DNA of 64,000 nt from Acutalibacteraceae bacterium (lineage in GTDB: Bacteria; Bacillota_I; Bacilli_A; RFN20; CAG-449): the NCBI GenBank assembly GCA_963610315.1, contig CAVDMV010000001.1, positions 77,441-141,440 of the forward strand. Reading direction: 5' to 3'. The stretch's first letter is position 1. Every line of letters begins with the position of its first letter. The notes beneath the pieces were generated by a model. That model saw only the letters and a program-made list of their open reading frames with translations, was not told where the DNA came from and searched no databases. Shown here piece by piece: positions 50,477 to 62,121 of this stretch. Made by a program: the position numbers and the translations under genes.

Positions 50477-51604
50477 TTATTTCTTTTTCTTTTTTAATTT
50501 ATCGAAGAAACTAGTTTTAGTAGATTTATTATCTTCAATTTCTTTAAATTGTCTTAATAAATTCTTTTGTTCATCAGTTAACTTAGTTGGAGTAACAACT
50601 TTTAGATGAATATATTGATCACCAAAGGAATTACCTCTAATATCTTTAACACCTTTTTCACGAAGTTTTAAAGTTTGTCCTGATTGGCTTCCTTCTGGAA
50701 TCTTAACATCAACTTCTCCATAAACTGTAGGTACGCTTAATGTACAACCTAAAGCAGCATCAATCATGCCTACTTCTAAATCGACATGGATATCGTTTCC
50801 ATCTCTTTTAAATGATGAATCGGTATCGACGACCACTTCGATATATAAATCACCATTTGGTCCTCCGTTAGCCCCTCTTTCACCTTTTCCAGAAACTCTA
50901 ATTTGTTGACCGTTATTAATTCCGGCAGGAATATTAACTTCGATCTTACGTTTAACTCGGTTATATCCTTTGCCTTGGCAAGAAGTACATTTATTCTTAA
51001 CTGTTTTACCTCTACCTGAACAAGTAGGACATACTGATTGAGTTTCTTGAATCATGCCAAAGATGGATTGAACTCTTTTTGAAACATAACCAGTTCCTGA
51101 ACAAGTTGTACAAGAAACAATATCAGAAGGAGTTGCTGCGCCTGAACCATTACAAGCCGAACAATTTTCATCAAGAGTAATATTTAGTTCAATCTTCTTA
51201 CCTTTAATTGCATCCATGAAGTTAATTCTAACTGTCATGAAACGGTCATTACCTCTAGTTGGTCCAGTTTGTTGTTTTCTTCTTGCTCCTCCGCCAAAGA
51301 ATGAGCCAAAAATATCATTTAAATCAACATCTTGGAAACCACCTTGGAAGCCGCCAAATCCACTTTGACCACCATTTTGATCAAAAGCAGCATGACCAAA
51401 TTGATCATAAGTCGCCTTCTTTTGAGGATCAGAAAGAACTTCATAAGCTTCTTGAACTTCTTTGAATTTTGCTTCTGCACCTGGTTCTTTATTTAAATCT
51501 GGGTGATACTTTTTAGCGAGTTTACGATATTGAGACTTAATTTGGTCTTCAGTTGCGTTTTTATCTAGTCCTAGGACTTCATAATAATCTCTTTTCTCAG
51601 CCAT
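50477..51604 (-). CDS. dnaJ: molecular chaperone DnaJ
   Basis: J-domain HPD (YHPDLN), a G/F region and four CxxCxGxG repeats; 375 aa. Confidence 0.95.
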   Translation of the reverse strand: MAEKRDYYEVLGLDKNATEDQIKSQYRKLAKKYHPDLNKEPGAEAKFKEVQEAYEVLSDPQKKATYDQFGHAAFDQNGGQSGFGGFQGGFQDVDLNDIFGSFFGGGARRKQQTGPTRGNDRFMTVRINFMDAIKGKKIELNITLDENCSACNGSGAATPSDIVSCTTCSGTGYVSKRVQSIFGMIQETQSVCPTCSGRGKTVKNKCTSCQGKGYNRVKRKIEVNIPAGINNGQQIRVSGKGERGANGGPNGDLYIEVVVDTDSSFKRDGNDIHVDLEVGMIDAALGCTLSVPTVYGEVDVKIPEGSQSGQTLKLREKGVKDIRGNSFGDQYIHLKVVTPTKLTDEQKNLLRQFKEIEDNKSTKTSFFDKLKKKKK

Positions 51605-51674
51605 AATTACCTCCTATATAACAATATAATGGTGGGCTTATCACCCACCATATATAATTTAGTTAGCTTTTAAA

Positions 51675-53537
<1,863 letters not shown>

Positions 53538-53553
53538 TTAATCTCCTTATTTA

Positions 53554-54147
53554 TTAATTTTCTTTAGAAGTATCTTCTACTTCTTCACTTTCTTTTTTAT
53601 TTTCTTCTTCCTTTTTCTTTTTACTTACGACTACCATTGCAGGTCTAACTAAACGATCTTTTAAGAAATAGCCTTTAGTTGAAACTTTAACAACTAAGTC
53701 ATCTTCTTCGCCTTCAACTACATCGACTGCTTGCATTGAATTATGATCGAATTTCTCTCCAACTTTTGGCATAATTTCTTTTACACCTTCAGCTTCTAGA
53801 GAATTAACCATTTGGTTATAAATCATTTCAAATCCTTTGCAATAAGCTGCTAGTTTTGGATCATCTGGAGTAACCTTGAAACAGTTATAGAAGTTATCGA
53901 ATACTGGAAGTAGCGCTTCAAGGAAGCCTTGTCCACGATATTTTATAACTTGTTGATGGTCTTTTTCCATTCTCTTCTTTAAATTATCCATATCAGCATA
54001 AGCTTCATAATACTTATTTTGCCAATACTTAACTTTATCATTTAATTCTAAGATTTGATCTTCATAAGACTTTTCAACTTTTTCTTCTTGTTTATTTTCA
54101 GTTTCCTTAGATTCTTCTTTATTTAATTCTTCTTTATCTTTCTTCAT
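53554..54147 (-). CDS. grpE: nucleotide exchange factor GrpE
   Basis: 197 aa with a charged N-terminus and a GrpE core, sitting between hrcA and dnaK. Confidence 0.9.
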   Translation of the reverse strand: MKKDKEELNKEESKETENKQEEKVEKSYEDQILELNDKVKYWQNKYYEAYADMDNLKKRMEKDHQQVIKYRGQGFLEALLPVFDNFYNCFKVTPDDPKLAAYCKGFEMIYNQMVNSLEAEGVKEIMPKVGEKFDHNSMQAVDVVEGEEDDLVVKVSTKGYFLKDRLVRPAMVVVSKKKKEEENKKESEEVEDTSKEN

Positions 54148-55171
54148 CTAATTCTTCCTTTCTTTTTGCATATAATTCTTCAACTTGATCAACGAAATAT
54201 TCTAATGCAGAAACTACTTTTTCATAGTCCATTCTAGTAGGACCAACTAAAGCAATTTTACCAAGTTGTTTATCACCAACTTTAATATTAGAAGTAATCA
54301 TTGATACATCGTTATAGCCATCTTCATTTCCGATGTAGAATTCTAAGTCACTAGTTCCTGAACTCGTTCTTCCTTTTAATACATCATTAACTTTAGAAGG
54401 ATGTTCGAAGAAGTCGAGTAATTTCTTTAACTTATCTGCATCTTGATTGAATTCTGGTTGATTAAGTAAATTCGCTTGACCAAACATTGATACTCTTTCA
54501 CTTTGGAATCTTAGAAGGGTTTCGGCAATCATACGATAAATCGAATCATTAGCTTTTACATATTCACTAATCAAAGGTTTAATCATTTCCATTCTTGTTG
54601 TAAGTTCAGAAATGCTTGCCCCAACTAAACGATCATTTAAGATTGCTACACATTCTTTAATATCTTTTAATGATGTTTGATCACTCAAGACAAATGTTTT
54701 GTTTTCGACATATCCTTTATCTGTAACGAATACACACGTTAAGGATTTATCACTTAGAGGTATAGCTTGAACAGATACTAAATGTTCTTCCGTCGCTTCA
54801 GGGCCAAGAACAATCGAAGCTAAGTTAGTCATATGTGATAAAATTTCACAAGACTCTTTAATCACATCATCGATTGATTTTTCTCTTTCAGTAAAGATTT
54901 TCGCTAACTGGTTTTTATAAGATTCATCAACATCTTTATTTCTAAGATATTTGATGTAGTAGTTATAACCTTTATTAGAAGGAACTCTACCTGAAGAAGT
55001 ATGTGTCTTTTCAATAAGACCATCTCTTTCAAGTTCTGCCATGACATTACGAACTGTCGCAGAAGAACAATCGAGGTCAAATTCATTAATTAAAGTTGAT
55101 GAACCAACAGGTTCAGCTTTTTTAATGAAGTATTCGACGATACATTTAAGGATGTAATCTTTTCTTTCCAT
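54134..55171 (-). CDS. hrcA: heat-inducible transcription repressor HrcA
   Basis: N-terminal winged helix (ILKCIVEYFIKKAEPVGSSTL); 345 aa. CIRCE elements lie upstream. Confidence 0.9.
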   Translation of the reverse strand: MERKDYILKCIVEYFIKKAEPVGSSTLINEFDLDCSSATVRNVMAELERDGLIEKTHTSSGRVPSNKGYNYYIKYLRNKDVDESYKNQLAKIFTEREKSIDDVIKESCEILSHMTNLASIVLGPEATEEHLVSVQAIPLSDKSLTCVFVTDKGYVENKTFVLSDQTSLKDIKECVAILNDRLVGASISELTTRMEMIKPLISEYVKANDSIYRMIAETLLRFQSERVSMFGQANLLNQPEFNQDADKLKKLLDFFEHPSKVNDVLKGRTSSGTSDLEFYIGNEDGYNDVSMITSNIKVGDKQLGKIALVGPTRMDYEKVVSALEYFVDQVEELYAKRKEELDEER

Positions 55172-55187
55172 ATCTTTTACCTCCTTT

Positions 55188-55214
55188 TTAGCACTCTTTT
55201 TTTCGTAGTGCTAA
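55188..55214. promoter_or_regulatory. CIRCE operator copy 1 (HrcA binding site)
   Basis: TTAGCACTC-tttttttcg-TAGTGCTAA, one mismatch from the consensus TTAGCACTC-N9-GAGTGCTAA. Confidence 0.8.
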
Positions 55215-55218
55215 TTAT

Positions 55219-55246
55219 AGTATAGTCATAAATTTAGCATTGTCAA
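55219..55246 (-). promoter_or_regulatory. putative sigmaA promoter of hrcA-grpE-dnaK-dnaJ
   Basis: The minus strand reads TTGACA (55246-55241), a 16-nt spacer, then TATACT (55224-55219). The -35 overlaps CIRCE copy 2 and the transcription start falls on copy 1. Confidence 0.45.
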
Positions 55247-55260
55247 TAAAAGAGTGCTAA
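55234..55260. promoter_or_regulatory. CIRCE operator copy 2
   Basis: TTAGCATTG-tcaataaaa-GAGTGCTAA. The right arm is perfect; the left arm has 2 mismatches. Confidence 0.65.
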
Positions 55261-55701
55261 TTTTTTTATTTTTTTATTTTTTGTTAAAAATGCTTTTCTC
55301 AAACTAGAAAAAAAATTTATATTATATTCAGTTAAAGAAAAGGAATATCATATTTATATAATAAGGATATAAGAAAAATTATATGAAGATTAAAGATAAA
55401 ATTTAGGATAACAAAATACATTGGTTTAATTAAAATTTAGATTAATATTTTTATTTACAGGATTATTATTCACTATTTTAAAAATATTAGAAGTAACACT
55501 TTGGAGAAGAAATGTCATTATCACGATCATATTTGTTTTACTTGAATTAATATTTTATGGTTTATTTTTCGCTCCAATAATTGCAAGACTTCCTTTTTAA
55601 ACATTTTAACGTATTTGTAGTATTTCTACCTCTAGTTAACAAATTTAAAAAAAGATTTCTTTTTTACTTGTATTAAATTTTTAAATGTATGACAATTATA
55701 A

Positions 55702-55767
55702 GGGCACCACAAATTTAATTATGGTAATTCAAGGCTCCTAATAAAAAGGGAGCCTTTTTTATTTTTT
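55702..55767 (+). promoter_or_regulatory. pyrG leader with GGGC initial sequence and an intrinsic terminator (Bacillus-type CTP-sensing reiterative-transcription attenuator)
   Basis: TATAAGGGCACC at 55697-55708. The terminator GGCUCC-uaauaaaaa-GGGAGCC lies at 55733-55754 and is followed by UUUUUUAUUUUUU, just before the pyrG SD GGAGG at 55769. Confidence 0.5.
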
Positions 55768-55776
55768 GGAGGTATT

Positions 55777-57390
55777 ATGGGAAAAGAAACTAAGTTTATA
55801 TTTGTTACTGGAGGAGTTGTTTCTTCTTTAGGTAAAGGAATCGTCGCTTCTTGTTTAGGAAGATTATTAAAAAATCGTGGATTAAAGATTTTTATGCAAA
55901 AATTTGATCCATACATCAATGTTGATCCAGGTACGATGTCACCTTATCAACACGGTGAAGTTTTCGTCACTGATGACGGAGCAGAAACTGATCTAGATTT
56001 AGGTCACTACGAAAGATTTATTGATGAAAGATTGTCTAAAAGAAGTAATGTCACAGCTGGAAAAGTCTATCAACAAGTCATTCAAAAAGAAAGACGTGGC
56101 GATTATGAAGGTAAGACTGTTCAAGTCATTCCTCATATTACTAACCAAATTAAACATTACATTAAAAAAGCGGCAGAAGAATCTGGCGCGGATGTTATCA
56201 TCACTGAACTCGGAGGAACCGTCGGTGATTATGAATCTCTTCCATTTATTGAAGCGATTAGACAATGGAGACAAGATGTCGGTTTTGAAAATACATTCTA
56301 TGTCCATAATACACTCGTCCCAATTTTAGGTACAACTGAAGAAATTAAAACAAAGCCTACTCAACATTCTGTTCGTGAATTAAGAAGTTATGGTATTACT
56401 CCTGATATGTTAGTCTTACGTTGTGAAAAAGCAATCGACGAAGATACTAAAGCAAAAGTAAAAATGTTAACTGACGTTAAAGAAGTTCTAGATTGTAAAG
56501 ATGAAAAAATTATCTACGAAGTCGCGAATAATTTACTTGCTCAAGGAGCAGATGAAATTATCTTAAAGCACTTTAAATTAGATGCTAAACCTATCGATAT
56601 GACTGAATGGAATGCTTTAATTAAGAATATTTCTTCATTAAATGGCACAATTGATATTGGTATTGTCGGTAAATACATTCAATTACACGATGCTTATTTA
56701 AGTGTTGTTGAAGCTTTAAAAGCCGCAGGTTATGCCGTTAATAAGAATATTAATATTCACTGGATCTTATCAGAAAATTATGATTCAGACGAATTTGAAA
56801 AAGAATTATCCACTCTCGATGGAATTTTAGTTCCAGGTGGATTTGGTAAAAGAGCGACTGAAGGTAAATTAAAAGCGATTAAGTACGCTCGTGAACATAA
56901 TATTCCTTTCTTTGGTATTTGTTACGGCATGCAACTCGCTTGCATTGAATTCGCGCGTAACGTATGTAATATTCCTGATGCTGATTCAAGTGAAATTACT
57001 CCAGAAACTAGAAATCCTATCATTCACTTATTAGATAATCAATATGTCGGTATTGATATTGGGGGAACATTAAGAATTGGTTTATATGATTGTTCTTTAG
57101 TACCAGGAACTAAGGCTCATGAATTATACAATACTGACTTTATTCAAGAAAGACATCGTCATAGATATGAATTTAATAATGAATATCTCGATATTGTTAA
57201 AAAGAATGGTTTAGTCATTTCAGGCATTAATCCTCAAAAAGGATTAGTTGAAATTATTGAATTACCAAGTCATCCTTATTTTGTCGCTTGTCAATTCCAT
57301 CCTGAATTCCTCTCTCGACCAACTAAAGCTCATCCATTATTCTTAGGTTTTATTAAAGCGAGTTTAAAATATCGTGAAGGAAAACGCTAA
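55777..57390 (+). CDS. pyrG: CTP synthase
   Basis: 537 aa: N-terminal synthetase domain ([14 protein letters not shown]) and C-terminal glutamine amidotransferase (GICYGMQ, catalytic Cys). Confidence 0.95.
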   Translation: MGKETKFIFVTGGVVSSLGKGIVASCLGRLLKNRGLKIFMQKFDPYINVDPGTMSPYQHGEVFVTDDGAETDLDLGHYERFIDERLSKRSNVTAGKVYQQVIQKERRGDYEGKTVQVIPHITNQIKHYIKKAAEESGADVIITELGGTVGDYESLPFIEAIRQWRQDVGFENTFYVHNTLVPILGTTEEIKTKPTQHSVRELRSYGITPDMLVLRCEKAIDEDTKAKVKMLTDVKEVLDCKDEKIIYEVANNLLAQGADEIILKHFKLDAKPIDMTEWNALIKNISSLNGTIDIGIVGKYIQLHDAYLSVVEALKAAGYAVNKNINIHWILSENYDSDEFEKELSTLDGILVPGGFGKRATEGKLKAIKYAREHNIPFFGICYGMQLACIEFARNVCNIPDADSSEITPETRNPIIHLLDNQYVGIDIGGTLRIGLYDCSLVPGTKAHELYNTDFIQERHRHRYEFNNEYLDIVKKNGLVISGINPQKGLVEIIELPSHPYFVACQFHPEFLSRPTKAHPLFLGFIKASLKYREGKR

Positions 57391-57400
57391 ATTTAATATT

Positions 57401-57430
57401 AGGTCTTTATATAAGGCCTTTTATTTTTAC
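57401..57430 (+). terminator. terminator after pyrG
   Basis: AGGUCUU-uauau-AAGGCCU (7 bp with one G.U pair), then UUUUAUUUUU. Confidence 0.5.
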
Positions 57431-57474
57431 TTTTAATGTAAACAAAAAAATGTTATATTGTTCTAGGTGAAATT

Positions 57475-58380
57475 ATGGAAAGCGTTACTTTAAAAATAGA
57501 TGAAAATAAACTAAATAAAATGAAAGAATTGTATTCATATTGCGAAGAAAAAACTTCTGCTCCATATGTAGTTTTTCTTGCTAAAATAAGAACAAATATC
57601 ACTTTAACAATCTATGAGTCTAAAAAAGGCATCAAAGCCGTTTTTATGGGAGAAGATGTGATAAGTGAAGCTTCATTATGGGATAAAGAAGCTTTCATCA
57701 ATGAAAAAAAAGAAAAAGTATCTTACTCATGGTTAGATACTTCTAGTCAAATAGGATCAGACGAAGTAGGAACTGGAGATTTTTTTGGTCCAGTGATCGT
57801 TGTTGCTTCTTATATTAAGAAAGATATAATCCCTTATTTAAAAGAATTAGGTGTTAACGATTCAAAGAAACTAACTGATAAAAAGATTCTTGAAATAGTA
57901 CCTAAATTCATCGATAAAGTAATCTTTTCTAAATTAACATGCGATAATAATAAATATAATGAAATGATATCTAAAGGATATAATATGAATTCGATTAAAG
58001 CAGTTCTTCACAATGAAGCTTTAAAGAATGTTTTAAGTAAATCTCACGATTATAATTGTCAAATTTACATCGACCAATTTTGTGATAAAAGCTTATATTA
58101 TCGTTATTTAGAAGGTAAATACGAACCTTTAATCGATCACGTTAATTTTCATACTAAAGGAGAATCCTTCTATCCTTCAGTCGCGGTTAGTTCCTTAATC
58201 GCACGATACTCTTTCTTATTATATATCGAAGAATTAAATAAAAAATACCATATGGAATTTCCTAAAGGAGCTTCTTCTCTCGTAGATGAATTCGCTAAAA
58301 AGTTCAAGGAAACATATGGTATAGATGAATTAAATAAAGTTTGTAAGAAGAACTTTAAAAATTATGAATCATTAAAGTAA
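57475..58380 (+). CDS. rnhC: ribonuclease HIII
   Basis: N-terminal TBP-like domain plus an RNase HII-fold catalytic domain (GSDEVGTGDFFGPV); 301 aa. Confidence 0.85.
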   Translation: MESVTLKIDENKLNKMKELYSYCEEKTSAPYVVFLAKIRTNITLTIYESKKGIKAVFMGEDVISEASLWDKEAFINEKKEKVSYSWLDTSSQIGSDEVGTGDFFGPVIVVASYIKKDIIPYLKELGVNDSKKLTDKKILEIVPKFIDKVIFSKLTCDNNKYNEMISKGYNMNSIKAVLHNEALKNVLSKSHDYNCQIYIDQFCDKSLYYRYLEGKYEPLIDHVNFHTKGESFYPSVAVSSLIARYSFLLYIEELNKKYHMEFPKGASSLVDEFAKKFKETYGIDELNKVCKKNFKNYESLK

Positions 58381-59637
58381 TTCTTGTTTTAAAGTTAAGT
58401 ATTTCGCGTAATATTTATAATGTGATTTAGAAATTTTCGCGATGCAATCATAACCTAAATCACTCTCTTTAAGTTCCACGAGTGCTTCTTCATTTTGTAT
58501 TTTATAAAAATCAGAAGAATTCTCAAATGGAATTAATAAATTTACTTCATAATAAAAATCAGTAAGATAATTATCAATTAAAGAAGCAATATCTTCCATA
58601 TATGAATCATCTTTTAAAGAGACGATAAGTTCATCTTCATCAACAAAAGGTAAATAAGGAGAAGATCTTAAATCGACTTTATTATAAAGATAAATCATCT
58701 TTTTATCTTTTACTCCAATACTTTCTAATGTATCTAAAGTAACTTTGCAGTCTTCATAAACATGGTTAGAGGAACAATCGACAACATGGATTAATAAATC
58801 AGCTTCTTTAATCTCTTCTAAAGTCGATCTAAAAGCCTTAATTAATGGAGTAGGTAAAGAAGAAATAAATCCAACAGTATCAGTTAATAAAAAAGGATAA
58901 TGATTCTTCATTTTGATATATCTAGTCGTCGTATTAAGGGTAGCAAACAAGCGATTTTCTTCTAAAATTGCTTGTTTTTTTTCGTTTTCACCTAAACGGA
59001 TAAAATTGTTCATTAAAGTGGATTTGCCAGCGTTAGTATAACCTACAATCGCGACTACTGGTAAAGAAGATTTTCTTTCTTTACGTTGGTTCTTTCTTAA
59101 AGAGACCATCTTTTTAAGTTCTTCTTCTTTTTCTTTAATTTGTTTCTTAATTAAATATCGTTTTATATTAATTTCTTTTTCACCAGATCCACGGTTTGTT
59201 AGACCCCCGGCGCCACCTGAAGTAACTTGTGAATAATTTTTATTCACATCGATTAAGCGATTAGCCATATATTTTAAATAAGCTACTTCTACTTGTAATT
59301 TAGCTTCTTTTGAAGAAGCACGTAAAGCAAATATTTTTAAAATGACCATACTTCGATCATAGACTTCACAATCTAAGATTTTTGAAATAGTAGATATTTG
59401 TAAAGGACTTAAATCATTATTAAAACAAACTAATTTAATACCTGCGTTATCAATATAAGTTTTTATTTCATATAGAAAACCTCTTCCTACATAACTAGAA
59501 GAATGAGGTTTATCAAGTTGTTGACTAAAGACATAATCAATTTCAATATCTAAAGAAGATAATAAATTAGTAAGTTCTCCTATCGGAGAATTATCTACTT
59601 TATATATAGAAGGATCAATAACTACACACTTTTCCAT
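58372..59637 (-). CDS. hflX: GTPase HflX
   Basis: HflX N-domain and G-domain (GYTNAGKSTL, DTVGF); 421 aa. It overlaps the 3' end of rnhC convergently by 9 nt. Confidence 0.85.
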   Translation of the reverse strand: MEKCVVIDPSIYKVDNSPIGELTNLLSSLDIEIDYVFSQQLDKPHSSSYVGRGFLYEIKTYIDNAGIKLVCFNNDLSPLQISTISKILDCEVYDRSMVILKIFALRASSKEAKLQVEVAYLKYMANRLIDVNKNYSQVTSGGAGGLTNRGSGEKEINIKRYLIKKQIKEKEEELKKMVSLRKNQRKERKSSLPVVAIVGYTNAGKSTLMNNFIRLGENEKKQAILEENRLFATLNTTTRYIKMKNHYPFLLTDTVGFISSLPTPLIKAFRSTLEEIKEADLLIHVVDCSSNHVYEDCKVTLDTLESIGVKDKKMIYLYNKVDLRSSPYLPFVDEDELIVSLKDDSYMEDIASLIDNYLTDFYYEVNLLIPFENSSDFYKIQNEEALVELKESDLGYDCIAKISKSHYKYYAKYLTLKQELL

Positions 59638-59654
59638 AATTCTCCTTTCAAAAA

Positions 59655-61238
59655 TTATAATTCTTTAGAAAATTTTTCTAAGAATTCATCATAAGTACAA
59701 TTTCGATCAATAATTTTATTTTCCGATATATATATTATTCTATTCGCGACTGTATTAATTAATTCATGGTCGTGAGAAGTAAATAATAATACACCTTTAT
59801 AATTAATTAAACCTTTGTTTAATGCAGTGATCGATTCTAGATCTAAATGGTTAGTAGGATCATCCATAATGAGAAGATTACCGCTAGTTAACATCATCTT
59901 CGCCATCATACATCTAACTTTTTCTCCTCCAGAAAGAACCGCGCAAGATTTTAAGGCTTCTTCATTAGAGAAAAGCATTCGACCTAGCCAACCACGGATA
60001 TAAGACTCATTTTGATCTTTTGAATAAGGTCTAAGCCAATCAACTAAAGTTAATGAACCATCTTTAAAATAAGCAGAATTATCACTTGGTAAATAAGATT
60101 TAGTAATAGTAATACCAAATTTAAAATCGCCTGAAGTAGGTTCTTCTTCACCATTAAGAATATTAAATAAAGTCGTTAATGCAAGAGAATTTTTACTAAT
60201 AAATGCGACTTTTTCACCTTTTTTAAGGCTAAAAGATAAATTCTTAAATAATCCTTCCTTACTTAAATTATTAACTTCTAAGACATCGTTACCGATTTCT
60301 CTTTCAATTTTAAAATCGATGAATGGATATACTCGACTAGAAGGAACCATTTCTTCAACATTAATTTTTTCAAGTTCTTTCTTTCTAGAAGTTGCTTGTT
60401 TAGATTTAGAAGCATTCGCACTGAAACGAGCGATGAATTCTTGTAATTCTTTAATTCTTTGTTCTTTTTTAGAATTTTGATCTTTTAATTGTCTTTGAAT
60501 TAATTGGCTTGATTCATACCAGAATTCATAGTTACCAACAAACATATTGATTTTACCATAATCAACATCACAAATTCTTGTACATACTTTGTTTAAGAAG
60601 TGACGATCGTGAGAAACAATAATAACCGTGTTAGTGAATGAATATAAGAAAGATTCTAACCAAGAAGTCGCGATTGCATCTAAGTTATTAGTAGGTTCAT
60701 CGAGAAGTAAAATATCAGGATTACCAAATAAAGCTTGAGCAAGAAGAACTTTAACTTTCTCTTTTGCATCAATATCTTTCATTAATAAATCATGCTTATC
60801 TTCACTTATACCTAAGTTAGAAAGCATTGTTCTTGCATTTGAATCAGCTTCCCAACCATCTAATTCCATAAACTCATTTTCTAGTTCTGCCGCGCGAATA
60901 CCATCTTCTTCACTAAAATCAGTTTTGGCATATAATTCATCTTTTTGCTTCATGATTTCAATTAAACGAGGATGACCTTGAATGACCGCGTCAACTAAAG
61001 TGAATTCATCATAAGCATTTTGATTTTGTTTTAAAATGGACATTCTTTCGTGTTCCGTTAAAGTTACTGATCCTGAGGTAGGTTCAAGTTCACCAGAGAT
61101 GATTTTTAAAAATGTGGATTTTCCAGCTCCGTTAGCCCCGATAATTCCATAACAATTATCTTTTTGGAAATTGATATTAACATCTTTAAATAATACTCTT
61201 CCGCCGAACTGCATTGATACGTTACTTACTTCTAGCAT
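59655..61238 (-). CDS. ABC-F family ATPase (EttA/Uup-like, two NBDs, no TM) with a degenerate second ATP site
   Basis: NBD1 has Walker A GANGAGKST and Walker B LLLDEPTNNLD, but its signature is degenerate (DIDAKE instead of LSGGE). NBD2 has Walker A SKNSLALTT (no Lys), Walker B LLIMDDPTNHLD (Glu->Asp) and a canonical signature LSGGEK. There is an arm insertion and a PtIM-like linker of about 60 aa. Confidence 0.85.
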   Translation of the reverse strand: MLEVSNVSMQFGGRVLFKDVNINFQKDNCYGIIGANGAGKSTFLKIISGELEPTSGSVTLTEHERMSILKQNQNAYDEFTLVDAVIQGHPRLIEIMKQKDELYAKTDFSEEDGIRAAELENEFMELDGWEADSNARTMLSNLGISEDKHDLLMKDIDAKEKVKVLLAQALFGNPDILLLDEPTNNLDAIATSWLESFLYSFTNTVIIVSHDRHFLNKVCTRICDVDYGKINMFVGNYEFWYESSQLIQRQLKDQNSKKEQRIKELQEFIARFSANASKSKQATSRKKELEKINVEEMVPSSRVYPFIDFKIEREIGNDVLEVNNLSKEGLFKNLSFSLKKGEKVAFISKNSLALTTLFNILNGEEEPTSGDFKFGITITKSYLPSDNSAYFKDGSLTLVDWLRPYSKDQNESYIRGWLGRMLFSNEEALKSCAVLSGGEKVRCMMAKMMLTSGNLLIMDDPTNHLDLESITALNKGLINYKGVLLFTSHDHELINTVANRIIYISENKIIDRNCTYDEFLEKFSKEL

Positions 61239-62121
61239 CTAATTTCTCCTTTATATATCGTTTTGTTTCTTCGTTAATACCTTCCTTTTTTATATAAGAA
61301 GGAAATTTATGTGTCTTAGGATATGAAGAAACATGAAATATCCCACGAGGTGTAATATAAGGTTTATTAACTGAAGCAAATAAACCTTCTAAATAAATTA
61401 AACTCGCTTTATCTACATTAAAAGTAAATAAGGTAAATAAATGATGTTTAAGAATACTAAATTTATTTTTTAAACCAGTTTTATTTGCAGTTATAATATT
61501 AGTTTTAGTTACGCCTGGATGAAGTAAAATATAACTAATACCATTATTTTTTAAACTAAGTTCATAAACAAATCTACTTAAACAATATTTTGAATAAGCA
61601 TACATCTTATTTCTTTTTAATGTATCACTTTCTTTTAAACTCACCTTTTTTGCATTCTTCGCGGTTAAAGACGTGACAAATAATAATCTAGTCTTGTTCG
61701 AGACAAAATAATCTTCTAAAGAATAATATAATTTATACACTCCTAGATAATTAGTGCCTAAAGTTAATTCAAAATTATTGTCAGTTTTATAATCTTCTTT
61801 AGAAGAATATACTCCCGCGTTAAAAACAAAATAATCAATATGAACAAATTTTTCTTTTAAAGATAAACTAAATTCATCGATAGAACGAAAACTTGCTTGG
61901 TCTAATTTTAAAATCGTTATTTTCGAATAAGGAAATTCATCTTGAAGTTCTTTTAAAATCATTTTTCCTTTATCTAGATTTCTTATTCCTAAAATGACGT
62001 TCGCGCCTTTTTTTAAAACTAACTTACAAAAGGCTAGTCCTAGTCCAGAACTAGCTCCTGTAATAACGATAAATTTACCAACTAACGAAGGATATTTATC
62101 TAAATAAGCATCAATATTCAT
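61222..62121 (-). CDS. short-chain dehydrogenase/reductase (SDR)
   Basis: ITGASSGLGLA cofactor motif and a YAYSK catalytic pair; 299 aa. Confidence 0.85.
   Translation of the reverse strand: MNIDAYLDKYPSLVGKFIVITGASSGLGLAFCKLVLKKGANVILGIRNLDKGKMILKELQDEFPYSKITILKLDQASFRSIDEFSLSLKEKFVHIDYFVFNAGVYSSKEDYKTDNNFELTLGTNYLGVYKLYYSLEDYFVSNKTRLLFVTSLTAKNAKKVSLKESDTLKRNKMYAYSKYCLSRFVYELSLKNNGISYILLHPGVTKTNIITANKTGLKNKFSILKHHLFTLFTFNVDKASLIYLEGLFASVNKPYITPRGIFHVSSYPKTHKFPSYIKKEGINEETKRYIKEKLDARSK

Noticed and set aside
55261-55690. Small peptide ORFs in the long AT-rich spacer upstream of pyrG (for example MSLSRSYLFYLN at 55512-55550 with a GGAG upstream)
   Set aside because: They are 7-12 codons long, lack conservation signals, and are compatible with chance in 28% GC DNA. 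The region is better explained as a long pyrG regulatory/promoter spacer.
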